A stretch of DNA of 63,793 nucleotides, the filler included, from Basidioascus undulatus (lineage: Eukaryota): the NCBI GenBank assembly GCA_000826855.1. It is 3 parts of 3 records of this genome, joined end to end, with 100 filler letters (N's around TTAATTAATTAA, not from the genome) between each part and the next. Parts side by side here need not be neighbours in the genome. Positions count along the whole stretch, not along the records: positions 42,710 to 63,793 come from JTLS01000343.1; 2 more parts are not named here. The stretch is one strand, 5' to 3'. A model generated the notes under the pieces. That model was not told where the DNA came from, did not search any database, and worked only from the letters and a program-made list of their open reading frames with translations. Made by a program: the position numbers and the translations under genes. Below, in pieces: positions 52,270-63,793 of this stretch (the first letter of the stretch is position 1; each line of letters begins with the position of its first letter).

Positions 52270-53460
52270 TCGTTCGAGCATGGCGCTCGACCGCGGCAAT
52301 AAACTGAACTATCCGACATTTGTTGCGGATACCGACCCTCATACTTGGAATTCGTTGTTGGCTCCCGACGTTTGTACTGCAGACGGTGTCACGCCGTTGC
52401 AACTCCAGCGCCGACGTCTTCCGCCGGGTATCCTTTCCCGCAGCCGCGTTGCCCAAGGCGAGTTGAAACCCGACATTGCGTGCGCGGCAGGCATTGACGA
52501 GATCTGGTGCGGGGGTCCAGGTACTTCGACGCAAATTGGGCATATGGGCGCGGTCATTTGGTTTGCCTGAGTTGTCGATAGTGATTTCTGCCTCATGCTC
52601 ATGGTATGATACCTGCCGTTCCAGGAGCCTGGCCATCGCCTTTCAGACCTTTATGATCCTCGTCCGCCGCCGCCGCCCCCGCAGACGCCTCGCCTTAGCC
52701 ATACTGGAGTTCGGGTAGACCGTCGTAATCATCCTACCAATTATCGTCCCCCTCGCTATCGCGCGAAACAAGGAGTTCTACGGGCCATGGAGCGCGATTG
52801 GGTGCTGGGTCAACCCCGAAAGAGACGTGTCGCAGCTGCTGTACTTCCACGTGTGTAACATCGAGCCACTTAAAAATAGGACCAGCGCGCTGACCATCCA
52901 AGCCGCTTCAGGTGTGGGCCCTTGGCTACATGATCGCAACATCTACGGTATGCGTCTTCTCTGGCTGGACAGAATAAGAGTCCACCTCAACGAGTCAACG
53001 CAGTCAAAACAGTGCGAACATTTCACCAACAGAGACGACCGCAGACGTTTAGAGAGCGCGTTTCCAACTTCATGGTGCGCTTCTCCCTCATCTCGCCTTG
53101 CCATAATAAGGAAATTGTCGAGGAGATGGCGCAGGGCTCAATGAACGGGTCGACGCCTGGCACAGACGAGTCGGTTGGCATCCATACTCGCATTGGGCGG
53201 CACGTTCTGAACAGGGCAAGAAAGCTTCTGCTATGTGAGTGCGATATCATATTCTCCCTGAGGTACGGCAATGCAGAAGCTGATGCACGCTGCGTTCAGA
53301 GATCGTCTCGTCTGGGCCCCCTGCCTCATTCCGCTCTGGATCGTAGAATTCGGATCAAAGTCCCGGATTGGAATCCACCCTTCGGCCTCATCAGCGCTGT
53401 CGGGTTTCTATTCGCTCTTTCAGGTGTGTCACATGGCATCCTCTTACCACGATCTCGCTG
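52270..53460 (+). pseudogene. Decayed Git3/cAMP-receptor-like GPCR
   Basis: WCGGPGTSTQIGHMGAVIW, AIAFQTFMILV, FG*TVVIILPIIVP, FYGPWSAIGCWVNP, ARKLLL, VGFLFALSGV occur in the TM3-TM7 order of fungal Git3-like receptors; in-frame TAG at 52716-52718. Confidence 0.5.
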
Positions 53461-54876
53461 TTAAGGATGGGGTCGGCCCTTTAGCTTCTCGGACGTTGTG
53501 CTTTTCGTAGTGACACGTGAACGAGCTGTGAGTGCTTGCCGCCGCGGACTGTAGTCAGTGGTGTCTGACGTGTCGATGCTGGCCTGCGCGATGGGAACGG
53601 AGTTGCCTTAGGCTGACTTGCTGTCAGTACGGTCAGTCAGTCACGGTGCTAAATCTGTTTCGGATTTCTGCTTGCTTTGCTCGTTCGCGCTCACTCTGCA
53701 GTGCCTGGCCGCGGGCGCGGTCCAGTCAGCTGCTTCGTTCGCTTTCCGTATTCAGTTTTGTTTTTCCATTTTTTTACGCTTCAGTCGTACATCTGACCGG
53801 CTGCCGCTGCGCGACAGCGCCGGTCAGCTGCTCCCCACTCGACTCGTCGCCGAGCCGCCCATTTGAAGTTGATTGTGAAGCCAGTTCCGTGACAGACGTC
53901 CACAGTGAAAAGGCTGAGAAGGTACAGTCCCGGCGGGCTTTTCACGAATCCGGGAAACGTATACACTGTCGGTGGGGCGGAAGCGGATGATATGCGGCGA
54001 GCGGCAGAAGACCAAAATCCCTCCCACTGCCGCCAACAACGCAACCAGAATCAGCAGGAGAGTATTGGGCAAAATAGGGACGATGAGCCAGTATAAAAAG
54101 CAGCAATATTGCGTAGGACACGGCAGGCAAAAATGCGCGGTGACCTCGTTAAGGAAAGGGAAGACTTGAAAAGGGCTGTTTACAGCGGCCCCGACCACTT
54201 GACGTGGGTACGGGAATATCGCTTGCCATTCCCTGTCCTCCTTCGCCAAATCAACCATGACTCGCAATGGGACTCCGACGAGAAGGCGACACTCGAGCGA
54301 CGCTCGAGCAAGCTGCGGGCGTTACCGGCGAAGATGAGGTGGTCGCGGTGATGCTAACGGAGCAGAGACCAGTTTCAGGTGGATGGGACAGCCAGCCGCC
54401 AATGGTTGACGACAAGCAACCTAGCTCGCTCGAGATGAAGCTTGTCTGCCCCTTCATCGGGTACCTGAGATCGCGGATCGATTTCTGGTCAGCTAAGGCG
54501 TCAAAGAACGTCCAATCGAAAGGAAAAAAAAAAGGCTTTCGATCGTGGCACTGTGCGAGAGTTCAAATGAGCACCGGCTTGCGCGCGAGGCCGGACACCA
54601 CGATGCAGTCAACAGGCGAAAATCGAGGTAGTGAATGAATGTCAAGATGCAGGGAAGGGTGAAATGCAGAGCAATGACAGTGAAAGATGCGAGACGAATG
54701 AACCATGGCGAAGGACGAGGCAGATAAGGTATAAAACGATGCAAGCGAGCTGCCGGGCATCGGGTGGAGAATGGGAGAGCGATAGACAAGGGGGCGGGAA
54801 GTTTGGCGTGCAAGCGAAGGAACGCGAACGGCCTGTACGGCGCGTTATTTACTTCGTCCCACGAAGAAAGCGCCAG

Positions 54877-57800
54877 TCAACCGAGAAAAAAAGGCGAGTT
54901 GAACTGTCGTGAGGTGCGCTTGGAGAGGGTGCGTGGGTCCAGCGTCGGTGACGTTGGACGACCGCTATAAGATAAGCTGTAAAGGTCAGCATCACCTGGC
55001 GTGTTCCTAAATGGTGAGGATCAACGTGAACGCACTGCGCAAGCGAGGTAGTTCTTTCGGGGAGCTTTGGTGCTGGACCGCTGCGTAGCCAAGGCTTTAT
55101 CAGCTTCATTGCTCAGAAGAAAACTACTCGGACAGCAGCGTACCGATGCCGAGTGGATCGAGCCGAAGGTGGTCGAGCGAGGGACGACGGGGGCGCTGGC
55201 CCGCTGCGCGATGGTGACGATGTGCTCTGCGGCCGCGCCAGCGACGAGGGCAGCGGCGGGGAGGCTTGCGACTGCAACGACGCCCTCGCGGCATGTCTGC
55301 GCGCCTCTTCCCGCTCCTTCTCCCTCCCCCTTTCCCGCTGCTTGCGCTCCTCCCTCGCCCGGTTTTCCTTCTCCGCCATTTCCCTCTCGCGCACCCTCGT
55401 CGCCTCTGCCTCCTTCCTCTCAGCCGCATACCTCCTACGCGCGACGATCCCCCGCGCAGCCGCTTGCACGCGCGTCCAACGTGCGCGCTCTTCGGAAGCG
55501 CGTTGTCGCTCCACAACCATCGCGCGGCGGACGATCTTGGCGCGAGCGCGCGCTTGGATCGCAGTGATGAGCGTAATGAGCGCCGCGCGAAGCTTCTCGA
55601 GGTGCGCGAGAACGCCGGCGCGGAGAAAGACTTTCGTGTGCCCCAGCGCGTACAGCTCCGGGTTCGTCACCGTGCCGGACAGGATGCGGGTGCACGCCGC
55701 GACCAGATTAGGCGTTGGCGTGCCGGGCGCCTCGACGAGGATGGCGAATCTGTCCATCCGCAAGCCGTAGTCAGCTCATCTGCGAAGCGGCGAACGAGAA
55801 CTAGCCGCATAAACGGCAGCAAGAGAAAACGCACCGCTCGACGAAGTCAGCGAATACCATTTTCGAAGGGTACCCCGCCCGACTGATCCGGATCGTCTCG
55901 AGCACGCCGCACGCGCGGAGCTGCCCGAGCACCTTCTGCGCGTCGAACTCCCACGGGCGCTTCGAGTCTGCGGGCTTGATGCAGCGAATGTAGTGCGTCT
56001 CCGTTGCGTTGATGGATGCCATGAGGCTGGCGAGCGAGCCCTTGAACGTCGACGCGAGCGTGGGCTGCTTCCTCGCGGCGCCACCGCGGCGGGCCGGACC
56101 GCCAGACGCTGGACGGCTGTCGGGCGCGGACTCGCCTCCGCCGCGAGCGCGCTCACACACCTCGCGAAGAAAGTCGTTCGTCGAGCCCGCCAAGAGCGCC
56201 AGGTGTTCATCCGGCACGGCGTCGCGGTTCTTCTCGAGGAAACCATCGACGTCGTACGAGACTTCGAGCGCGTAGTGCGCGATGGTGAAGCCCGCGCTGC
56301 CGAAGAGCGCCTTCTTGTAGCTCGGCGGCTTGAGCTGCTCGTCCAGCTTGCGGAGGAGGCCGGCGTCGGAGCCGGAGGGGAGGCGGGATTGCTCGTCGAT
56401 GAGGGAGAGAAGACCGAGGCGGCCTTCGATCATGTCGATGCAGGGTTGGTTGTCCTGGGAGGGCTCAAGATCGTTAGCTCTTGTTAGTCCGGCTGCAGTC
56501 GGAGTATGGACGCACAGGGAAGTCAATGAAAGCCACGTTGATGCCTTCGCGTGCGTACTCCTCCTGCGACAGCTTGAACGTGTGCACGTTGAACTGCTCC
56601 GACCTCTGGTCAGCCTCTACCCAGCCTAAACTGAGTTTTGAACGAAAGGCGCACCTCCTGTTGAAGCTTCTCATTCGCATAGTTGATGCAAAACTGCTCG
56701 AACGAGTTTCGCTACAAGCGAAACACGTCAGTTCACACCCCACTGCCCAAACCACCCGCAGGCACAAGTGTGCGCTCACCTCCATATCCTCAAACCCGTA
56801 AATATCCAGCACGCCAATGAAGCTGCTCGCCCTCGCACGCGCCTCCTCGCCAAGCAGCTTCTCATTGAGCACCGCGACGAGCCAGTCGAACAAGCACGTG
56901 TAAATATGCCTCGCGACCGAGTCGCGCGCGACGACCGCCTGATCGCGGCTGAGGGCGGTGACGATCTTCTCTCCGCGCGCGACGTCGATCTGCTTCTTCA
57001 CGATGCCCTTCTGGAATGCGGGTGCGGGGACGCCGAGGAGCGCGGCGGCGCGGAGGAGCGCCGGATCGTCGGACGACACGATCGCATCTGACGAGCGCGA
57101 GGTCGAGGTGCTAATGGAGATGTTGCCGAGGTGGAGGAGCGCGGCGAGGAGGCGGAAGATGGACAGCTGCTGTGAGCGCGGGATGTTGAGTGCTGTGAGC
57201 GCCTTTTGCGTCGCCCGGAAGGACGCGGCGTCGTCTACGCCGGGTATGGTCGACGAGCCGCCTTGGTTGAGGTAGTGATACTGTGCAACGCGCGCCCAGT
57301 CAGCCTTGACAGCGGAAACTCGCTGCTTGGTAGCAGGACCCACTTCATTTGCTGATCCGATCCCGAGTTCTCGTCGCAGCTCTGGAGAAGCGCCGGCACA
57401 GAGTTGATAGAAGATGTGGGTGTTGCGCTCGTGCTTGGGCTGGTAGACTAGTCGCGAGCGCTCGAGGAGGTATATGCGGATCCGCGCGCCGACAATGTTC
57501 TGGTTCGCGTCGAATAGGATCTGCAAAGCAAGAACATTGATCAGCAAAGAATCTCCCTGAAGATCAACTAATGCGCCAGCGCACCTCCAGATATCTTCCG
57601 AATCGCGAGGAGTTGTCGTTCCTGATGGTCTTCGCGTTCCCGAACGCCTCCATAACCGGGTTGGCTGTCCATCACCGCCTCATCAGCCCTCCTCCTTCTC
57701 GAGCAGTCCCTCCCAGCCCAGTCACCAACACTCACTAGCCAAGATCTGCTCTTCCGTGCCCGTGACCGACTCGCCCGCCTGCCCCAGCGCGGCGAAGTAG

Positions 57801-58578
57801 CGCATGACGTGCCGCGCCGAGACGGTCTTGCCCGCGCCGCTCTCGCCGCTGACGATGATCGTCTGGTCGCGGCGGCGCAGGCTGATGCCGTCGTGCGCAG
57901 CCTGGGCGACCGAGAAGAGGTGAGGGGACGACGGCGGGGTGACGGAGGAGTAGGCGCGGATGTGGGCGGGCGAGTAGAGCGTGGTGGAGGCGTAGGGGTT
58001 CAGGGCGATCAGGACTAGGCCGGAGAGGGTGTAGATGCGCTGTTTGAAGGATCCAGAGGTTAGCTCCTGACGTAGGCCCGTAGAGGTGTCATCACGCACT
58101 TGGGAGGCGAAGCGTGTCCGGACGGCGTGTAACACTGCCGCGGGAAGGGCATCAGCAAAGCCAAAGGACAAGAACGTGTGCCCGAATTGAAGACGTACTG
58201 CTCCCTTCGTTTAAATGGGGCAGGTACTTGAGGTCGTCGACAGCCTCGGACTCGGGAACGTTTCGGACGGGAGGCAGTGCTGCACTTCCCGCCTTGACGG
58301 TGATGGTTGTCTCCTGCACCGCCCAACCGCCATAAGTCCAGGGCCCTGCTCCCAGATATGACCCAGGCAACTCAAACTACTCACCGTGCCATTCTCCGCG
58401 ACCACCCCGAGCACAAGCGACCCGTCCTTGCCCTCACTCCGGCTCCGAATCTCGCCGCCTATCCAGCCCTCCGCATCGTCCCTCAACCAGCTGTCCCACC
58501 CTCCAAAATTAGCCTCCCGACAGCTACGTCGACCAGAAGCATCACCCACATGCGCGTCCCAACCTCGTAAAGACTCAT
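54877..58578 (-). CDS. Class V-like myosin heavy chain with complete motor, two IQ motifs and a very short tail
   Basis: [131 protein letters not shown]. The stop is at 55113 unspliced, or at 54877 using two further canonical introns. Confidence 0.93.
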
Positions 58579-59581
58579 CGTCCGCGGTCCTGTGTCCGCG
58601 AAGATCGATCGAGCTCAGAAGCTGCGAGGGTGCGCTGTTGCTGCCCCTGTGCAGCTCGAATCGCCAGTACGCGGTCGAGCGGGTATGATCGCTCGAGTCT
58701 AGCTGTGATCTATGCCGAAATGCGGGTAACGCTGGATGTATAGAGTGAAAGATGCGGGTTTGTGATGCAGGTTGCTGGGCAAGTCGGCCGGGGACGTTGG
58801 AACGACAACCCTGGGCGGCGATGGCGGCTCTGTAGCTGCGAGCGTCCGTCAGCAGCTCCCGCGTCGAGTTCGTGTTTTGCTTTTTTTGCCCCTTCACCCT
58901 GTTTACCCTCTTTCGTCGGCTCGCTCGCTCGTCCATCCGGCGACTCTGTCGGTAATGGAATGCCTTAGATTCTCAAGAGACTTACAGACTGTTTTTGAAA
59001 GTTTTATCAAAGTTTTTGCGCTGTATTCTCACAGCCTGTGGACGCGCGCCGTCTTGTCACCGCACAGCCAGTGTAAAAGTACAGAATCTAGGGACGGACC
59101 ACCCCCCGTTAGGTTGCTTTTCGGTGCCCGACAACCAACGACAACACGATCCTTCCAGAAGGAACCAAGTTTGTACCTTTTTTTTAACTGTTTGAACTGA
59201 ATTCCACGGATCAAGGCCCGCCCTCATCCCTATCCGTTGTTGGCATATTCAACGGCAGTAAATTGCTCTGCCCAAAACTTAACAGCATGTACAATATGCG
59301 CAACGCAGACATTGCCTTCCCGATGCATTGAACTGACCTTCTTTCCCCCGTATGTTTCTTGTTGAGTCTTGAATTATTTCCGGAAACCCATGTCGAAATA
59401 CTTCGTTGATCACTACTTCATCACTGGTTGCGGCAGAGCTCGACTGTTCACCCTCGATTCTCCTACTCGCCATCTCGCTGTCCCTACAGCCTTTCCTTTT
59501 ATATCTAAGCATCTGAACCGTTTGGCACTAGGGGGTACTATAAATCATACGGTCGCTGTTCCCTCTATCTTGCAGCTGCGT

Positions 59582-59609
59582 AAGACTGCTCAAGACTGCT
59601 CAAGACTGC
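59582..59609 (+). repeat. Short tandem repeat, 10-nt unit AAGACTGCTC, about 2.8 copies
   Basis: aagactgctc aagactgctc aagactgc read directly. Confidence 0.85.
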
Positions 59610-60474
59610 ACATCCTCGAGGATGTCTTTCCTAGTTGGAACGGATGTGGTCCGGTCCTCAGTGCCTTGCAGCCAAGACATTTCCAAGGAGAGGAGCTGTT
59701 ATACACCGATAAATGACCAACAACGTCGCTTCGACGACCAGTTACAAGAGCTGCGGGACGAGCTCCGCCCTTGCGGCCCGCGTGCAGTCGGCCCTTCTTT
59801 GCTGCCCAAGCAGCGAGCCACCAGACCCACCACAGTAATGAAAAGCAGTATCAAAGTGTTGAAGAAAAATATGCGCTGTCCATACCGGGCTGTCACAGCG
59901 TCTTGGAACACTTGGCCTGTCGATCACTCGCTGACAGGTACGCACGACCTCTGCGGGGTGGCAACGCCCGACGCCCGTGCGGTGAGCGATCCTGTCATGA
60001 AACGGTAGTCCCGCGGGCGGGGAAGCGCCCCTGGACTGACCTTGTACTCCCGCAGCATTTGTAGAATCAAATCATACGGCTGATCGCTGTTATCCCACCG
60101 TAGCAACGGGCTTGATCCTCAACTGCATCTTCCATCTCCCATCCACCTCTTCTCCTCCACTTTACTAGCTGCACCTGCACCGTGCCGGACGCGCTGTGCG
60201 CTGCGCTCTCGAGAACTCCACCTCCATCCGTCCTGAGGTGCTCAGGCTATTCTTGCAGTCCTAGATCTATCTCGCTCCTCCGCAGCCGATACGGCGCCCG
60301 ACACTCTTTCCTCCAACTGGATCCACGCCCGCACGGCAACTCGCTCATCTCATCGTCACTCCAATCCTCCCCATCCATCCACCACTACTCTCCATCTGAT
60401 CCATCAATATATACATTGGCATCCAGACCCATCATCGACGACGGCGAGCGAGACGCAAGGGACGCGCTCGCACG

Positions 60475-62360
60475 ATGCCGTCCTCCTTCGGCCTTCTACC
60501 TCTCCTCGCGTCCGCGCTGCTCGGCCTCCCCTCCCCAGCGCGCGCATACCTCTATGTGCGCCAAATCCAACGCAGCCCAACGTCCCCCCCCTAATAGAGT
60601 TATCCCTTCCAGATCCACACCACTATCCTTAATGAGACGTTCGTGCTCGACTCGAAGACGGACAACGTCGTCGTGCAGGGCTCGGGCTCGGACGGCGCCT
60701 CCGCCCCCGCCAACACCATCTTTGCTATATTCGCACTCGTCATCGGGGTCGTCGTTGCGACCGTCGGGACGCGAACGCGGTGGAGGGTTGGGTGCGGGTG
60801 CGCGGTCGGGCTCTTGGCGTCGCTCTGTGAGTACTCGCTACGTCAGTGCCACTGCGTCTCGCTTTTGCGTCCTTCCCATCGTCTACGCTGGCATCCTTGG
60901 ACGACTCGGGGCTCCCGCTGTTCTCTTCGTCCCCATCGCAATCGAGCCATCTGCTCGCGCTCCCGCTTCCATTCTTGGTCGAGTCTTCTATGGCAGGCGC
61001 CGAGTGCGGGGAAACGGGGTCGTTCGACGGACCGAGCGCGCAGCGCAGTCTCGTTTCACTGCGGCCGCCTTATCCACACTTTCCAAATATCTCGCTCGCT
61101 CGAAAACAAACTGACCGATATCTTTTTGGTGACTTTCAGTTATGTGGCTCGCGCTTGTGAATGTCATGCACGAGGGCAACCTCGCGAGCACTGTCCAGAA
61201 TTCTGACCTCGTCATCTTCGGGTGTACAGGGGTGCGTGCCTATATTATCTCAGGCCTTCATCATGACTAATGATGCATTAATTTTGGGGTTAAACAGGCC
61301 ATCTTCCTCGTCGCTCTCCTCGTCGTCGTGCTCTTCGGGGGACAGCTCCTGGGATGGTTCCTGTTCGCCCCTCTCGGCGGTGAGCAGCCCTCTTGCTCCC
61401 ATCCGCGAGATCATTGAGCTCACCTATAATTCACCCCACCAAAGGCGGGGGGTTTGGCCTCCTCGCAATGCTGATGATGCCGACGGACGTCGTGCCCAAA
61501 CCCGCTCGCATCGTCGTCAGCGCCGTCTTCGCGGGTCTCGCGGTCTTCGGGCTGCCGTTCCCGAAGACTCGGCCGTGGGCCGGCGTGAGTCTTCCCTCGT
61601 GTGCATTTCCGAAAGATGAATGTACTGAACGATCATGCGCAGTCCTTCGGCGCAGGCGGGACAGCCAGCTTCCTCCTCGCTCTCGGGATCGACCTCCTGC
61701 TCAACAAGGACGCCGCGATGAGCTACGGCCTTCGACGCTTCATGGACAACAACATCCATCACTTCTTCGTACGTCCTCTCAACCCATCCCGTCCTTTCCC
61801 TTTGCGTCGCTGACATAAGCGCTGCCTGGAACCTGCAGGACCTTCACGACCCTTACGTCCCCAAAACCAGTACCTACATCATCTCCGGCGTCTTCCTCTT
61901 CTTCACCTTCCCCATCGCCTACTTGCAACACCGCTTCCACCCCTCCCCGTTCCCCTCCTCCGCCTCCACCTCATCCCTCCCCGGGCCAGGGCACTGGGAG
62001 CGCCCCAGCGGGACGCACAAGCACCGTCCGTCGCTGTACAACCTCCTCCTGCGCGACCCGTCCGTCGTCGCCCTGCACAAGCAGACCGGCCCAGCGCCCG
62101 GCTCGCTCCTCGCACCGCCTACGCCGGGAGGGTACAGCTCGGAACCGGACTCGCCGGAGAAGGAGAAGCTGCGGGAGCATGCGCGCGTGTCGATGGCGGG
62201 CTCGTCGCCTTATGGGAGCGAGGAGGGCGGGCTGGCGTACATGACGCCGCTGCCCCAGGAGCAGGCGCCCTTTGTAGCGCCGACGGGTACTGCGCTCGAG
62301 CCCGTTAGGCAGGAGAGGGTCGTCTGGAACGAGGGGCAGTGGAAGCCTGCTGAACCATGA
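60475..62360 (+). CDS. Multi-pass membrane protein with signal peptide, DUF4203-like
   Basis: MPSSFGLLPLLASALLGLP signal; TM exons IFAIFALVIGVVVATVG, FMWLALVNVM, IFLVALLVVVLFGG, GTASFLLALGIDLLLN...SYGLRRFMDNNIHH; Pro-rich tail to TGA at 62360. Confidence 0.75.
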
Positions 62361-63793
62361 TACTCTCTTGTTTTCTTTCGTCTCATGTTTCACACCCTTA
62401 TCACCCCGGATCCTCTCCGAAGATACCCAGGCACACTACCGCATCGTACGTTGATACCCAGCAACCATCTAGACTCACATCAGCCCTTCACGTCCGTTAC
62501 CCCATCTCTCCATAGCATCTTTAGTCACACCGCCGCCGCACATTCCATTGCAGGACACTTTCGCAATATCCATATCAGTTTCACTTGCATCGCTTCTTGT
62601 ACAGCCACTGTAACCGTTCCACCTGAGTAGCACACGCATTTACTGTGCTCTTTTGTTTCCTCTGTCATGTTCCGCAGAATGCGCCAAATTCTAGTTGCGT
62701 AAGGTCTGGAGAACCTATCAACTGTGAGTGGTAGGCGGTAAGGTAGCGGGGGGTACCGAAGAACGGTCCGGACAGTCAGTGGGCGCGGGTTGGTGGGCAG
62801 ACAGTACAAGGAAGGGGATTGGTCAGTGGAAACCCTCGAATCGCCGAGGCGTATGCGGCGCCTTTTTTGAGTGGCGGGTGAAAGGATAGCGAGATCTGGG
62901 AGAGAAATTAGGTTGACGTCGCTGTGGTGTGCACTGCGAGAGCACGACGTGCGTGTGATCCGGGGAACACACGGCACGGACAAACGGGTAGGAGGAAAAT
63001 GCCAGAATCCCGCAATTTAAAGGTCTTTTACAGCTCCGAAGAGCGTCTTGAGCGAGGTGAGTTGCTGGAATTGCTTGGCTGGACTTGCGGAACTTGAATA
63101 GTCAACCTGTCTATGGAGGAGGGTGAGGCTTCCGGAGAGGGTGCTACACGAAGGCACGTGTTAGTTATCACCGCAAGAGCCGAGGGTCGCTGGATACAGA
63201 GGGGAGGCTAGGGGTGGAAGAGAGGAGACGCCTCCAGAGAGGAGGGAGGAAGCTCGCGGATGTGTCAGTGGGACGACAAGATGTCTGAATTCAACACATC
63301 ATAGATCTTCTCGCCTCTGCAGGTTTTCCGTGGGTGCCGTACGGGCAAGCGAACGAGGCGACGGCCATGGATGCATGGCCAGCGGTCGGCCTTCAGCCTG
63401 CAGCTGCTGTCGCCCTGCTCCACCGCTCGACACGCATCCCGTCTCTTGTGCAATAGGATTGCGTAAGAACAAGTTTACTTTGTGGAGCGATGGGCGAACC
63501 CCTCCACCCTTTAGAGGGCTGCAGCAGTCCGCACGCCCGCCCGAAACTCTCGAACGTAAATTAGGCTATATGTGAATTCTTCCTCCTACTCCTCCTCTCT
63601 CCTCCTACAGCTGGAACGGGGGTACGAAATGCATAAATACAGTCCGCCATCTTCCTCCTCCCAGCCTAAGCCGTGCACCCCTCCTGCTGCCCCTGCCCCT
63701 GCCCACTCAAAAACCCATTCAACGCCTCCAGCTCGCTCTCGCTCAACCCCACCTCTCCTCCTCCCCCTCCCCCCAGCCCCACCTCCTGTCCAG

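Noticed and set aside
53800..54520. Short ORFs downstream of the myosin as missing tail exons
   Set aside because: The minus-strand translations show no coiled-coil or DIL similarity, and the spliced myosin model already reaches a stop at 54877.

Overview
Intron-rich, GC-rich fungal nuclear DNA, most likely a basidiomycete (short ~50-70 nt GT-AG introns with CTRAC/CTGAT branch points). The window is three contigs joined by two artificial 100-nt linkers (N44-TTAATTAATTAA-N44 at 21272-21371 and 42610-42709). Contig 1 is a dense housekeeping block: EFL1/RIA1, HUT1, an orphan ORF, a CorA Mg2+ transporter, a STYX-like phosphatase, ZNG1/CobW, RPS12 with an intronic box C/D snoRNA, an alpha/beta hydrolase, ALKBH2-like and RVB1. 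Contig 2 carries a NIPA Mg2+ transporter, a decayed GH16 glucanase, a peroxisomal enoyl-CoA hydratase, a secreted VEKP/Gly-Asn repeat protein, a membrane protein, a Som1-like gene and SEC31. Contig 3 carries KRI1, about 11 kb of decayed genes (transcription factor, two F-box-like, Git3-like GPCR), an unexplained ~300-nt folded element, a short-tailed class V-like myosin and a DUF4203-like membrane protein. The best leads are the tailless myosin V-like motor, a SNORD100-like snoRNA in RPS12 (the same host gene as in human), a STYX orthologue that keeps the catalytic CX5R, and the structured RNA candidate at 51.7-52.0 kb. All gene models were spliced by eye, and family calls rest on recalled motifs, not database searches.
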